This document shows positions 19,956-30,262 of a stretch of DNA of 64,000 nucleotides, in pieces. Numbering within the stretch: position 1 is the first letter of the stretch; each line of letters opens with the position of its first letter. The stretch covers positions 10,314 to 74,313 of IMG/VR virus record IMGVR_UViG_3300006226_001721, one strand, 5' to 3'. This stretch comes from a virus. A program made the translations under genes and the position numbers. A model generated the notes under the pieces. It had not been told where the DNA came from. It worked only from the letters and a program-made list of their open reading frames with translations, and ran no database searches.

Positions 19956-20624
19956 CTACTCCAATTCTAACAAATTAGTCAATGTTATTTCTACTGAGGA
20001 TCCTGGCTTGACTATTTTCCAAGGTTCTTGATCTTCTCTATAAAAAGTTGTTGACATTTCATTGTAAGCATTCTTTACTCTAGTTTCAAAAAGAACAGTT
20101 TCATTATCAAATAAGTCATGCTCATTATCTTTTCTATTTCCAACTTTCTCAGGGAAATAATAGATGATATTAGGAATAACGTCCTTATATGGATTTTTGA
20201 ACCAATTTAGCAGATCAATTGCAACTCTTTGACCTTGAGTTTTAGTTAAGTCATCTATTAACTTTTTGCCAAATAACTGATATGCTACAGTAGAATAGGT
20301 GTATCTATCACATATAACTGTTTTGCCTTCTTGTAATGCTGGACGAATAATCTTATCAACACATTCAGCTCTATCTAAAAGAAAGGCAAATAGATTTCCA
20401 TAATCTGATAAGTTCCATCGTTTGTCTTTACACAATGATCTTAATGTTGTAGCTAATGGACCCCAATCTCCACCAGGTTGTCGTGTTAAAATAGTTGATA
20501 TATTGTTTTGACTTAAAGTATCTGCTAATAGTTCAGCAACAGAACTTTTTCCAGTATTTTCGTAACCTTCAAAAACTATAAGTTTTTTAGTAAAATGATC
20601 TATTTGTTTTGGTGTTAAAATCAT
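19956..20624 (-). CDS. tmk: Thymidylate kinase
   Basis: FEGYENTGKS, TRQPGG, LLDRAE, CDRYTYSTVAYQ. Confidence 0.85.
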   Translation of the reverse strand: MILTPKQIDHFTKKLIVFEGYENTGKSSVAELLADTLSQNNISTILTRQPGGDWGPLATTLRSLCKDKRWNLSDYGNLFAFLLDRAECVDKIIRPALQEGKTVICDRYTYSTVAYQLFGKKLIDDLTKTQGQRVAIDLLNWFKNPYKDVIPNIIYYFPEKVGNRKDNEHDLFDNETVLFETRVKNAYNEMSTTFYREDQEPWKIVKPGSSVEITLTNLLELE

Positions 20625-21259
20625 AGGCTTTCATCATATATAGAATTCCAAGCTGTTTCTGTCATATTAAGATTAGTTACCTTATCCTGATAGACATCAT
20701 CTACATCCTTCCCGTCTTCTTTTCTAACATAAAGATTAAGAGCACCCTTAAATTCACTTTTTGGTGTAAAGTTGATATCCTCTGATACTTGAGAACAGCC
20801 AAAGTTCAACTCATCTGCTAAATCACAAATAGTTTTTTGATAGCCTTTCATATTCTCAATAGCTTGCCAAGTTTCATCTACATCATTAACTCTAACATCT
20901 TTATTGCTAACAGTAATTTCAACTCCTTTAGCTTTCAATGCATCAAAGTAGACATCTAACATATCTAATTTGCCAATGGCAGCTAAATCATCTACTATTT
21001 GAAGTAACTTTCTAAATGTTGGTGTTACTCTGTCTGGGAACTTTTCATCAGGATCTCTGCTCAATGGATCATTTCCAACCCAGCCACTTCCTCGGTAATA
21101 AGCATAATCTTTACAACGAATCATAATTGGCTTTTCTATCTTTTGCATTTTAGCCATATCTGCACCAATCATATTCATGTGTTTACTATTAGTCTTTTTC
21201 TCTCTTAAAATTTCGGCTGACTCTTCTAATAGTTCAGCAGGTGTAGTAGTCTGTGACAT
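20621..21259 (-). CDS. Hypothetical protein
   Basis: ORF with GGAG SD and GTTAATATA motif upstream. Confidence 0.6.
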   Translation of the reverse strand: MSQTTTPAELLEESAEILREKKTNSKHMNMIGADMAKMQKIEKPIMIRCKDYAYYRGSGWVGNDPLSRDPDEKFPDRVTPTFRKLLQIVDDLAAIGKLDMLDVYFDALKAKGVEITVSNKDVRVNDVDETWQAIENMKGYQKTICDLADELNFGCSQVSEDINFTPKSEFKGALNLYVRKEDGKDVDDVYQDKVTNLNMTETAWNSIYDESL

Positions 21260-21291
21260 ATTTTATCTCCTTAAATGTCTTTTATTTTATA

Positions 21292-21834
21292 TTAACTATC
21301 ATGATATTGTTCTATATCTATCGAACTTTTAGAATAATGTCCTAAAAGATTAATGATATCTGCACCATTGTATTCTTTAAAATAGCGCTTATTATCTATA
21401 ATAATCTGTCTGTTGAAATTAGTAACTTGGCTTTCTATGTCTCTATCATAATAATGGTCAAAGATGATTCGTTTGATACCAGCAGCAATTACTAATTTAG
21501 CACAATTTTTGCAAGGACAAATAGTAGTGTAGAGAGTTGATCCTTCTGGAGATAATCCGCGCTTTGCTAAATCTAATATTGCGTTCATTTCGGCATGTAT
21601 TTCATATTGTTCTGAAAAAAGATGATGTTCAGATTGTTCTTTGTTATCTCTTAAGTTCTCACAAGCCTCATTACAGTTGATAAATCCGCTGGGTGTGCCA
21701 TTATATCCACAACCAATAATACGATTATCTTTAGTAATAACAGCACCAACTTTTAATCGAGAACATTTAGACTTTTCAGCCATTATTCGAGCAATTTCTA
21801 TAAATGTTTTGTCCCATTCTTTTTGATTAGGCAT
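21292..21834 (-). CDS. dCMP deaminase
   Basis: KVGAVI, GYNGTPSG, HAEMNA, PCKNC. Confidence 0.9.
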   Translation of the reverse strand: MPNQKEWDKTFIEIARIMAEKSKCSRLKVGAVITKDNRIIGCGYNGTPSGFINCNEACENLRDNKEQSEHHLFSEQYEIHAEMNAILDLAKRGLSPEGSTLYTTICPCKNCAKLVIAAGIKRIIFDHYYDRDIESQVTNFNRQIIIDNKRYFKEYNGADIINLLGHYSKSSIDIEQYHDS

Positions 21835-21996
21835 CTTTTTTCCTTTGTTTGAGTCTTTCTTTTTTACTCATTTTGATTTTTGGTTCATGTCTTCTTATAG
21901 ACCCCTCATAATGAATCCAATATTTGTTTGTATCTAATGTTTCATGAGAGAGATTTTCATATCTTTCTTCAAATGTTTGTTTCTTGTCTTCCATTT

Positions 21997-22809
21997 CTAT
22001 AATTTATAATAGTCTTGAAATTCTTTAATGATTTTATTTACTAAATCAAAATCTCTTTCATAGACATGTAATGATCCAGCATTCCAATAAATACTTCCAA
22101 TTTCTGGATCTCTATTGCTAAACATTTTGATATCACTTAATAGTTGATTATACACATATCCATGCCATGGAAGATCTCCACAATGTAATCCTCTAATTAC
22201 ATCATTACTTCTCATAGTTACAATGTATTCTAATTTGTTCTTACGAATGAAATGTTGAGTACAAAAAGTACAAGTAAAATCTGATTTAGCATTTACATTA
22301 TCATTCCATTCCCATTGCATTTGAGGTCTGCCATAATAGATGACAGACTGTCTTCCTTCTGGTTTATCACAAAGTTGTTCCAAAGCATATTTATATTGAG
22401 ATTTGCCAATTTTTGCTGGACCTAAGTTCTCTGGACCATTTGGATATCTTTCAGCACCCCAATTATTTCCATTCTCTGGACTAAATACACACCAACCATA
22501 ATTACTATTTACTCTCCCATCATCAGAACATATTTTAGACCAAATAGGATTATCTTCAATACCAGGGTGACCTTTGATACATCTATCTTGACTTAAATAC
22601 CAATTAGTTTCATTTTCAATGTATTTAAGTTGCGGCTTTCTTGCTTCACCTAAATAGAGCTTAGTATCTTGAGCCTCAAATACTAAATTAGCATTCAAAA
22701 TCTCAGCTGTGCCATTTACTAAATCATTTTTTTGAATCTTTTCCCACAATGGAAATAAAGCATTCTTAATTAAATAAATAGAATTTCTACTATATTTTGT
22801 TTGTTCCAT
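21997..22809 (-). CDS. dCMP hydroxymethylase-like enzyme (T4 gp42 family of the thymidylate synthase fold)
   Basis: ENETNWY, NSNYGW, RPQMQ, DFTCT (catalytic Cys), MRSND, GDLPW (Asp at the specificity position), WNAGSLHVY align with T4 gp42. Confidence 0.8.
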   Translation of the reverse strand: MEQTKYSRNSIYLIKNALFPLWEKIQKNDLVNGTAEILNANLVFEAQDTKLYLGEARKPQLKYIENETNWYLSQDRCIKGHPGIEDNPIWSKICSDDGRVNSNYGWCVFSPENGNNWGAERYPNGPENLGPAKIGKSQYKYALEQLCDKPEGRQSVIYYGRPQMQWEWNDNVNAKSDFTCTFCTQHFIRKNKLEYIVTMRSNDVIRGLHCGDLPWHGYVYNQLLSDIKMFSNRDPEIGSIYWNAGSLHVYERDFDLVNKIIKEFQDYYKL

Positions 22810-23338
22810 TTAAAGTTTCCTTTATTATTTCAAATACTTGTTCTGGTGATTTTTGATCTATATTTATTAAACATTTATTTTTTATATTAGATTTTTCGAA
22901 AAAGCTAGAAAAACGATTTATTTCATTTTGTTTTTTCTCAAATTCAACTGAAAATGATAGACCATCTTCTCTCTTTATTAAGTTTTCTGGATTATCTATA
23001 AATACAAATAAAATACAATTTTGTAATACTTTATTTCCAAAATTAGTTTCTATTTCATAAACATATTCACCAGAATAATTTCTATAAATAGGAGAATAAA
23101 CAGTTTCACCTCCATGAGCTCTATCAAAAATTAAATTTTTATTATTATAAGTTGCAAATTTGATTAAATCAAACATTTCTTTATAATATTGTTTGGATCT
23201 TTCTTCTATATTGTTGCCTTTTATTGAAGAATAGTGTAATACATGAACTAATTTATCTTTTTCTTCTAAATACTTTTTAATGTTAGATATTTGAGTTCCT
23301 TTTCCAACATTATCAGGTCCTTCACATACAATTACCAT
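22790..23338 (-). CDS. Second dNMP (thymidylate-type) kinase
   Basis: CEGPDNVGKGTQ P-loop, FDRAHGGE. Confidence 0.75.
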   Translation of the reverse strand: MVIVCEGPDNVGKGTQISNIKKYLEEKDKLVHVLHYSSIKGNNIEERSKQYYKEMFDLIKFATYNNKNLIFDRAHGGETVYSPIYRNYSGEYVYEIETNFGNKVLQNCILFVFIDNPENLIKREDGLSFSVEFEKKQNEINRFSSFFEKSNIKNKCLINIDQKSPEQVFEIIKETLNGTNKI

Positions 23339-23355
23339 CTTTAATCTCCTTAATT

Positions 23356-24003
23356 TTAAATTAACTTAAGAAAAAGCTCACCATAATTATTATAGTGATA
23401 TCTGATACCATTATCTAAACAATATTTTTTAAGATTATCATCATTTTTATTATCTACCACATAAAGTTTTCTTTTAAGAATATATTTCTCTTTTAGAGAT
23501 TTAATTAACTTCTTATAGTCATCTGATATAACTATAATACTAGTAAATTTATGATTTATGATTTCTTGAGTTGCTAATTGGTTATAGCTTTTATCTGTAA
23601 TAATCCCACAAAGACTATTAAATTGTTCATAAAATAATCGAGGTCCAGTAAACTGAGTAGGTGTTCCTATCCATAAACAATAAGGAGCTCTCCATTCTCC
23701 TATTTTTAGTGTCTTGGCGATTTCTACCGATTCAAGAGAAAAATCTGTTTTGAAATCTTCCCACTCTTGAAAATGGTCAGGATTTTCTATCGCGCCACCT
23801 TTGAAAGCTAAAAGAGTTAGATGTGTAGAATCTATTGCAGTCCGCCATTCTTTTTCTAATTTCTTTTCTTTTAATTTGATTTTAAGTTGTTCATATAAAG
23901 AAATCTCTTCTTCACCTTCACCTATATCAATATACATTCCTCGTTCACCATTAGCTGGTCCATAAGGAAATAATCCAAATGTAACATCATTAAGCTTTAG
24001 CAC
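23356..24003 (-). CDS. Hypothetical protein
   Basis: ORF in the operon. Confidence 0.55.
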   Translation of the reverse strand: MLKLNDVTFGLFPYGPANGERGMYIDIGEGEEEISLYEQLKIKLKEKKLEKEWRTAIDSTHLTLLAFKGGAIENPDHFQEWEDFKTDFSLESVEIAKTLKIGEWRAPYCLWIGTPTQFTGPRLFYEQFNSLCGIITDKSYNQLATQEIINHKFTSIIVISDDYKKLIKSLKEKYILKRKLYVVDNKNDDNLKKYCLDNGIRYHYNNYGELFLKLI

Positions 24004-24403
24004 TTTCTTGTTCCTTTATTATTTTCTCTCTAATTATATCTTTATTTTCTATAAAGTTATCTATTTTTCCTTTTAATTCTTCTAAAATCTTATCATAAGA
24101 TTTAGATCCTTTTTTCTCATTTGTAGAATATAATTCAGTAACTGAATACTCTATTCGTTTTTCTTCATCATAATAATATAAGGTTGTTCTATTATCTTTT
24201 CCTGGTCTAATGGAACACTTTAATCCTTTTTCGAAGGTGTATTCAAAGACTTCTTGAATTAGTGGGTCCATTTCAATTTTAGGTGCTAATTCTACTGCTT
24301 TTGTTTCTAATTGTTTTAAGTTTTTGATGAACTTAATCAAACTGAATAATAAACCTAAAGTTATTACGTTAAAAATAAATTGTATAATGATAATTATTTC
24401 CAT
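23990..24403 (-). CDS. Membrane-anchored hypothetical protein
   Basis: N-terminal hydrophobic helix. Confidence 0.55.
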   Translation of the reverse strand: MEIIIIIQFIFNVITLGLLFSLIKFIKNLKQLETKAVELAPKIEMDPLIQEVFEYTFEKGLKCSIRPGKDNRTTLYYYDEEKRIEYSVTELYSTNEKKGSKSYDKILEELKGKIDNFIENKDIIREKIIKEQESAKA

Positions 24404-26253
24404 ATATCTATATTAACTCCTATTTCTTCATCAGCATTAAAGATCATTCTCCATTCGTTTTGACTTAAAGAATTTCTTTTAATGAGATTTTCTAATACTT
24501 TTCCTTTTCTCTCTAAGTTTTGGAACATAAGATTATCTATGCTATAATTGTAACATAAATTATAGTATCTAACTTCATCTTCTTGTCCAATGCGATAATT
24601 TCTTCCTCGAGATTGTTCATAATTTATGTAACTTGCAGTTTTTTCAAAAAATACAGATGCTTTAGCCTCTACTAATGTAATTGATGTAGTCATTATATTT
24701 ATAGATGCTAATAATATCTTATCTTTACTTTTCTTAAAGTTTTCTATAATTTCAAAGCGTTCTTCTTTTGGAACTTCTGCAGATAAAATATGAAAGCCTT
24801 TTTTAAGATGTTGTTCTAAGCATTTCAAAGTTATCGGATGATAATAAAAGATAATAATCTTATTCTCATTTTCAATGCACTCTTCTTCTATAATTAGGTC
24901 TAAAGCATTTAGTTTTTCAAAATCTTTTTCAAAATTAAATTGTTTGATTTTTTGTTGTAATAATGGATCAAACTTATCAAAAGATGGTGTAGTTAGAAGA
25001 CATAATGGATTATCTACTGCTAATTGTAGATACATAAAAGTGTTCATTAAATTAGCAACTAATCCAGCATTATTTATAGAGTTTCTATTTTTAATATCAT
25101 TAATAACTTCATAAGTAAAAGTCTCATATATCTCTCGATGCTTAGGCGTCATATCTAAATGAATTACTGGCACATCATAAGCTGGAGGTAAGTTAAGAAG
25201 TTCTTTTCCTCTTTTAACTGCGTAATTCTTATATAGTTCATCTTGTAATTCAGCCCACTTAATTTGATTCCAGCTGTCTTTATTAATGCCATATTTTGAC
25301 CATCTATTTCCTAACTCACAATATTCAGACAACCAACTATAATAGTCCAAACCATTAATAAGTTTGTTATTCAATATTTTAAGAAGCAAATACATCTTTT
25401 CTTCTTTATCATTAGGTGTTGCAGAGAACATATAACGATATTCAAAAAATTGTAAGTTCATATTGATAAACTTTGATCTTAATGAATTAGGACTTCCTAA
25501 TAAATGACATTCATCTAAAAAGATAATTCCTTTATGATTTCCAAACCATTCTTGTAATGGTAATGGTGATTTTCTATATTTAACTTTCTTTTTACGATTG
25601 TTAAAGTTCTTATCATAAGCATCACCTATTATTCGAAATGTATCATAACCGCATATTACAATATCATATTGATCTGTAAATATTAGTCTGTCTTTTAATC
25701 CAGTTACTGACTTAATTACTAAAGTTTTCGATTCATCATAATTAGGTATAAACTTATTTAATTCATTTGGTAAGTTCATAACACCAATAGATGATGTTAA
25801 AATAATAGCTTTTTTAATTTCACCAATATTTTTTAAGTGTTGATATAAAGAAGCTAAAGCCCAACTTTTTCCTAAACCAGTTTGCCAAGCAAACAAATAT
25901 CTATTACGATTATGTGCTGTATTAAAATCTATAAGTTGAAAATCTTTTAATGGTGGGACTCTTAATAAGTTTTGATCAAACTTTCTATAATCTGATCTTT
26001 TAGATATTATTTTTAATTCATCTAAATTGATAAAATATTGCTTAATTTCTTGTTTGGTGTATTCATCTATATCTAATTTATATTGTGATAATTCTTTAAC
26101 AACTTCATCAAACTTACCTACTCCAATTTGCCAATATTTCTTTTTAGCATCATATCTCATACCTAATAACTTTACAGACTCAATTTGTTCTGTAAAATTA
26201 TCACCTGAGCATTTAACTAATAATTGTTCATCTTCGTAGGCAAGTTGGATCAT
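24394..26253 (-). CDS. SF2 (SNF2-like) helicase
   Basis: QTGLGKS, LDECH, SATP, QSRGRNYRIGQ. Confidence 0.85.
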   Translation of the reverse strand: MIQLAYEDEQLLVKCSGDNFTEQIESVKLLGMRYDAKKKYWQIGVGKFDEVVKELSQYKLDIDEYTKQEIKQYFINLDELKIISKRSDYRKFDQNLLRVPPLKDFQLIDFNTAHNRNRYLFAWQTGLGKSWALASLYQHLKNIGEIKKAIILTSSIGVMNLPNELNKFIPNYDESKTLVIKSVTGLKDRLIFTDQYDIVICGYDTFRIIGDAYDKNFNNRKKKVKYRKSPLPLQEWFGNHKGIIFLDECHLLGSPNSLRSKFINMNLQFFEYRYMFSATPNDKEEKMYLLLKILNNKLINGLDYYSWLSEYCELGNRWSKYGINKDSWNQIKWAELQDELYKNYAVKRGKELLNLPPAYDVPVIHLDMTPKHREIYETFTYEVINDIKNRNSINNAGLVANLMNTFMYLQLAVDNPLCLLTTPSFDKFDPLLQQKIKQFNFEKDFEKLNALDLIIEEECIENENKIIIFYYHPITLKCLEQHLKKGFHILSAEVPKEERFEIIENFKKSKDKILLASINIMTTSITLVEAKASVFFEKTASYINYEQSRGRNYRIGQEDEVRYYNLCYNYSIDNLMFQNLERKGKVLENLIKRNSLSQNEWRMIFNADEEIGVNIDIWK

Positions 26254-26864
26254 TCTATTTTATCTATTTTAAATTTATTTAAGCTATTTCTTTTTTCTTT
26301 ACTACTATTTGAACTTAAATTTAATTTAAAAGCATAAGTACCATTTCCATTAGAAGATAAAAATTTATAAGGACTATAAGTACATCCAAAATTATTTTTT
26401 TTATCTTGTAATATAGAAGAGTCAATTTTATATAAATTTACAACTTCTTCTCTAATATCATAACCTATTAATAATAAATAATCAAAATATTTAGGAATTA
26501 TTCTAGACCATTCATAATGATAATAACCATTAATTATATGAGACGCAGAATACTTTATTTCCCAAACTTCTCCATTTTTATCAAGTAAATCAGCTGTCTC
26601 AGTATATTGATCTCTATTATCCCATCCATAATTTATTTCTATATATTTTTGAGTTAATCGTCCAATAGTTTGAGAATTACTAACAGGGTATTGAACAATT
26701 ATAAATTCATCTAATGGGAGTTCACAAATTAATGGATTTTTTTCTTTATATTTTAATAAAATATCTCTTACTTTACTTGATGAGTTTTGTCTTTGTAGTT
26801 GTAAATTTTGTGTAATTGAAGAAGTATTTGGAAAACATTGCTTAAATTCATTATTTCTTTTCAT
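26250..26864 (-). CDS. Possible PD-(D/E)xK nuclease
   Basis: TADLLDKNGEVWEIKYS. Confidence 0.35.
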   Translation of the reverse strand: MKRNNEFKQCFPNTSSITQNLQLQRQNSSSKVRDILLKYKEKNPLICELPLDEFIIVQYPVSNSQTIGRLTQKYIEINYGWDNRDQYTETADLLDKNGEVWEIKYSASHIINGYYHYEWSRIIPKYFDYLLLIGYDIREEVVNLYKIDSSILQDKKNNFGCTYSPYKFLSSNGNGTYAFKLNLSSNSSKEKRNSLNKFKIDKIE

Positions 26865-26879
26865 CTATATCCTTCCCTT

Positions 26880-27992
26880 TTAATATAAATTAACATGTTT
26901 GCCATTGAATGGTTTGTGTTGATAACAATCTTTAAAAAACTGTACTTCGTTCTCTGTATAAGTTTTTCTAATTCCATACAAATCTGTAAAAAGTTGCTTA
27001 TAATACTTATATTCTTCTGTAGATTTACAATAATGCAATCTCATAACTGCCCAACGTAAATTGTATGATCTAGGTTTCGGTTGTTGTTTTAGATATCGCT
27101 GACAATATCTTTGCATTATATCTATGTCTACATCTGTTGAAGCAATTATATAAGAAATATCTTTTGCTTTCTTAAGCACATTTTTATGATTAATTATAGG
27201 TTTTTCAGATAATGCATTTTGATTATGAAATTTAATATGATAACTATAACCTGAAGTAGACTTAAAGCCATTAGTTCCAAACTCTTTTAACAGATCTTTT
27301 AAGTTCATAAAATCTTTATATTCAAAAATATAATCTGAATGTTCTATTCGATAAGCTCTATATTTTGCATTTGCTCCAATAAAAGCTCCTCGTAATGTTG
27401 TTTGTAAGTATATTGGATCAACTTTAAGATGTATGAGATTAGTTTGTACATGTTGATTTTGATCATAATAATCTACATCATAATTATTGAGATTAAGATA
27501 GCCAAAATAACAAATTAAATTAGCATTAAAAAGATCAGATATAAATATCTCATAATTCTTTACTTTAGATTTATTGAATCTTATTAGCTGATTAGATATT
27601 TTATCATATAAATCTTTACAGTTAACTGTCAAAAACATATCACCGCATGTAAAGAAAAGATATTGTCCTTTTAAGAAGTATTGATATTCTTCTATTGGAA
27701 AAGATACCATGTTATTCTGAATATCTAAACAAGTTGATAATCTAATTGCATAATTAAATGGAGATGCTGTAATATGTCCATATATGAAATTATCTTGTAT
27801 GCCTTTTTCATTTTTGATTTTTACACAACCAGGAATGATTTTAGTAAGAGGTGTGCTATATAAATGAATGAACAATTTAGCATACTTATTTGATAATAAA
27901 TTTAGAAATTTCAGATGAGCAAATCTATCTGTAGCCTTCCATTTAGAATAAATGGACTTTTTGGTTAAAGTTTCCCAGTCTATATAGTTCAT
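26880..27992 (-). CDS. Hypothetical protein
   Basis: 370-aa AT-rich ORF with no recognised motif. Confidence 0.5.
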   Translation of the reverse strand: MNYIDWETLTKKSIYSKWKATDRFAHLKFLNLLSNKYAKLFIHLYSTPLTKIIPGCVKIKNEKGIQDNFIYGHITASPFNYAIRLSTCLDIQNNMVSFPIEEYQYFLKGQYLFFTCGDMFLTVNCKDLYDKISNQLIRFNKSKVKNYEIFISDLFNANLICYFGYLNLNNYDVDYYDQNQHVQTNLIHLKVDPIYLQTTLRGAFIGANAKYRAYRIEHSDYIFEYKDFMNLKDLLKEFGTNGFKSTSGYSYHIKFHNQNALSEKPIINHKNVLKKAKDISYIIASTDVDIDIMQRYCQRYLKQQPKPRSYNLRWAVMRLHYCKSTEEYKYYKQLFTDLYGIRKTYTENEVQFFKDCYQHKPFNGKHVNLY

Positions 27993-28002
27993 TTATATTA
28001 GA

Positions 28003-28392
28003 TTAACTTCGCTTGATACCAAGTTTCTCTTCGTATTGACCAAACTGTTCATGAAAGACTTTGAAGGCTGTCTTATATAGTTCTTCTGAAAACTTAACAA
28101 AAGCCCAGCCAGCATCAGCAGCTGATTTCCAAAAGCCAGTCCGGATGTCAGTTTGTATCGCAGTTTTCTCAAACTTAGGATCTTTTAGCTCAGCTAATAC
28201 TGCGTTGTCATTTGGTTCAATACCTTCAATATGTGTTTCTTTTGTGAGATATTTGACAAAGACTAATTCTTTAGTGATAAGAGTAGCTTTGCCATTTTCT
28301 TGAGCGAACTCTACAGTAAAAAGACTGTCTCCTTCTTTGAGCTGAGTTACGTCCCAATCACTATCAATTGGAACATTTTGTTGTTGTTTCAT
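28003..28392 (-). CDS. Hypothetical protein
   Basis: ORF in the operon. Confidence 0.55.
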   Translation of the reverse strand: MKQQQNVPIDSDWDVTQLKEGDSLFTVEFAQENGKATLITKELVFVKYLTKETHIEGIEPNDNAVLAELKDPKFEKTAIQTDIRTGFWKSAADAGWAFVKFSEELYKTAFKVFHEQFGQYEEKLGIKRS

Positions 28393-28393
28393 A

Positions 28394-28594
28394 TTACTTC
28401 CTTCTTATAGAACTTTTCAAACTAGCTTTAAGCTTATCTGCACAATATTGTCTGGCCTCATCTAAAGTCTCAAATGTCTTTTCTTTAGTAGATTCAGATG
28501 GCTGACCCTTATAGCAATTATAGAAGCCTTCCTCTAATCTAACAATGTAATAACCAACATTTGGAAATTGTTGTATCTCAATCTTGTAGCCCAT
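28394..28594 (-). CDS. Hypothetical protein
   Basis: ORF in the operon. Confidence 0.5.
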   Translation of the reverse strand: MGYKIEIQQFPNVGYYIVRLEEGFYNCYKGQPSESTKEKTFETLDEARQYCADKLKASLKSSIRRK

Positions 28595-28949
28595 CGTGGT
28601 ATTCTTCCATCATTTCATTGTGTAGATATTGCCGAGTTTTCTTATTGGCAGTTGACTTGTAGTGTCGTCTCATTGTTGATGACGTATTCTGCTTTCGTTC
28701 ATGTGCCCACGAGCCATGTCCTCTTCTTCCTAATTCACAATAGGCAATCTGTTTTGCCTTTCCATAATTTCGGCCTTTGTTGAGATCATTATGCAAGTTA
28801 ACTAGAACATGATATTCCAAATGAGTAAGATGTTTTGGATGTCCGGGATTACCTAAATCCCATTTATGATATCCCTCTGGCATTAAACAGCCATGCATGT
28901 AGTCATAATTTCCGTGGTCATACATAATAATTAGTTTGGTGGAAGCCAC
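28578..28949 (-). CDS. Hypothetical basic protein
   Basis: ORF overlapping both neighbours. Confidence 0.5.
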   Translation of the reverse strand: MASTKLIIMYDHGNYDYMHGCLMPEGYHKWDLGNPGHPKHLTHLEYHVLVNLHNDLNKGRNYGKAKQIAYCELGRRGHGSWAHERKQNTSSTMRRHYKSTANKKTRQYLHNEMMEEYHDGLQD

Positions 28950-29557
28950 TTTAATTCAGTAGTCCAACTTCCTTCTTTTCTCCACATAAACCAAGCATAA
29001 GCAACCGCCCCGCCATTTCCAAAATCAGTAGCTCCTCCTGGACTGCATCCTTGCCTAGATGAATGTACATAAACGTATTCTAATGGCAAATCTTTAAAGA
29101 GTAAGTAACGTCTTTTACCTTCTAAAAATGTTAGTTTGAGATACATGATTATCCACATGTCTGGATTACCAATTTCGTAAGCGTGTCGTATAAAGTCTTC
29201 TGCCATAGAAAAAGGCGGGTTTGTCATAATACATGTTACATTTGGATCTATCGTTTCAAAGTCAAAAAAGCTGGCTGGTTCATAGATTTGTCCAATGTCC
29301 GTCAAATGTGTGTATCTATCTATTAAGTCAGATGAAATGACATTAAAGCCATTCTTAACTAAAGTTCTGGATATGTTGCCTTTTCCGCAGGCTGGTTCCC
29401 AAATAAGAACATCTTTCTTGTCAAGATAATGACCTCTAAAACCATAATTTAAGAACGTTTCTACTGAATTAGGATGAGTACTGTAAAATTCGTGAGGTTG
29501 GACATCTTTTTCTTTAAATCGATGATTTTGTATGTATATGGACTTATTAGGTTTCAC
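28931..29557 (-). CDS. Amino (N6-adenine-type) DNA methyltransferase
   Basis: EFYST, WEPACGKG, SSDL, MTNPPF, YAWFMW. Confidence 0.8.
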   Translation of the reverse strand: MKPNKSIYIQNHRFKEKDVQPHEFYSTHPNSVETFLNYGFRGHYLDKKDVLIWEPACGKGNISRTLVKNGFNVISSDLIDRYTHLTDIGQIYEPASFFDFETIDPNVTCIMTNPPFSMAEDFIRHAYEIGNPDMWIIMYLKLTFLEGKRRYLLFKDLPLEYVYVHSSRQGCSPGGATDFGNGGAVAYAWFMWRKEGSWTTELKWLPPN

Positions 29558-29844
29558 TAAGATATATTAACTATCTTAAGTTTGTCTAATATTTGGTCCA
29601 TCTTTTTGTCTATGTGTTCTATCTTTATAGTTAATACAGCTACTTCTTTAGAAAGAGCTTCAATTTTATCACCATGCTTTTCTACTATAGTATCTATTCG
29701 CTTATGAGCAGATTCTGTACTCTTTTCTATTTGATTAACTCTGTTATCTAATTTTCCATATTGAGCGCCAAACTTACATAAAGTAAAGATGAATAATGCT
29801 ATAGTAATTCCTAACGTAATAGCTGAAGAAATTGTAATTTCCAT
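29557..29844 (-). CDS. TM helix plus coiled-coil protein (start moved to 29844)
   Basis: Hydrophobic N-terminus, heptad C-terminus, ACTAATTA motif upstream. Confidence 0.5.
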   Translation of the reverse strand: MEITISSAITLGITIALFIFTLCKFGAQYGKLDNRVNQIEKSTESAHKRIDTIVEKHGDKIEALSKEVAVLTIKIEHIDKKMDQILDKLKIVNIS

Positions 29845-29857
29845 AATATAATTAGTA

Positions 29858-30262
29858 CTATGTTTTACCAAAGTTCCTAATGAAAGAAGGCTTTCTTTTA
29901 CAATAAGCTTTCCATGTTTCTAAAGGATCTTTTTGCCAAAATTCATCTTCTGTTATTGGATCTTCTAAGCAGTTACCAAGTTGAAAATGTCCACCAGGAA
30001 ATTTCTTAATACAAAACTTAATTGCTTCTGAATCTATATCTATTCCATAAAGATCAGAAGTATCAATGAAAGGATAGGTTGAAAGAACAGCTACAAAAAG
30101 ATTACCTTTCCCGCAACAGGGATCTAATATTGTTTGTTTGTATTTAAGTTTAAGGAGTTTAGCCATTTTAAGAGCTAATTTTTCTGGTGTATAAAAACTA
30201 CCTTGGTCCTGTTGAGAAGTTTTATCAAGATAATATTCAGCTGATTCATATTTTATGACCAT
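29858..30262 (-). CDS. SAM-binding half of an N6-adenine methyltransferase
   Basis: GSFYTP, ILDPCCGKG, GIDID, LGNCL; no NPPY. Confidence 0.75.
   Translation of the reverse strand: MVIKYESAEYYLDKTSQQDQGSFYTPEKLALKMAKLLKLKYKQTILDPCCGKGNLFVAVLSTYPFIDTSDLYGIDIDSEAIKFCIKKFPGGHFQLGNCLEDPITEDEFWQKDPLETWKAYCKRKPSFIRNFGKT

Noticed and set aside
21834-21994. Small gene between dCMP deaminase and the gp42-like gene, apparently broken at an ATATAT run
   Set aside because: Removing 2 nt gives a ~55-aa basic ORF, but a pseudogene cannot be told from an assembly error and no function is evident
21997-22809. Ordinary thymidylate synthase ThyA
   Set aside because: Asp at the base-specificity position and overall motif match favour the T4 gp42 dCMP-modifying family
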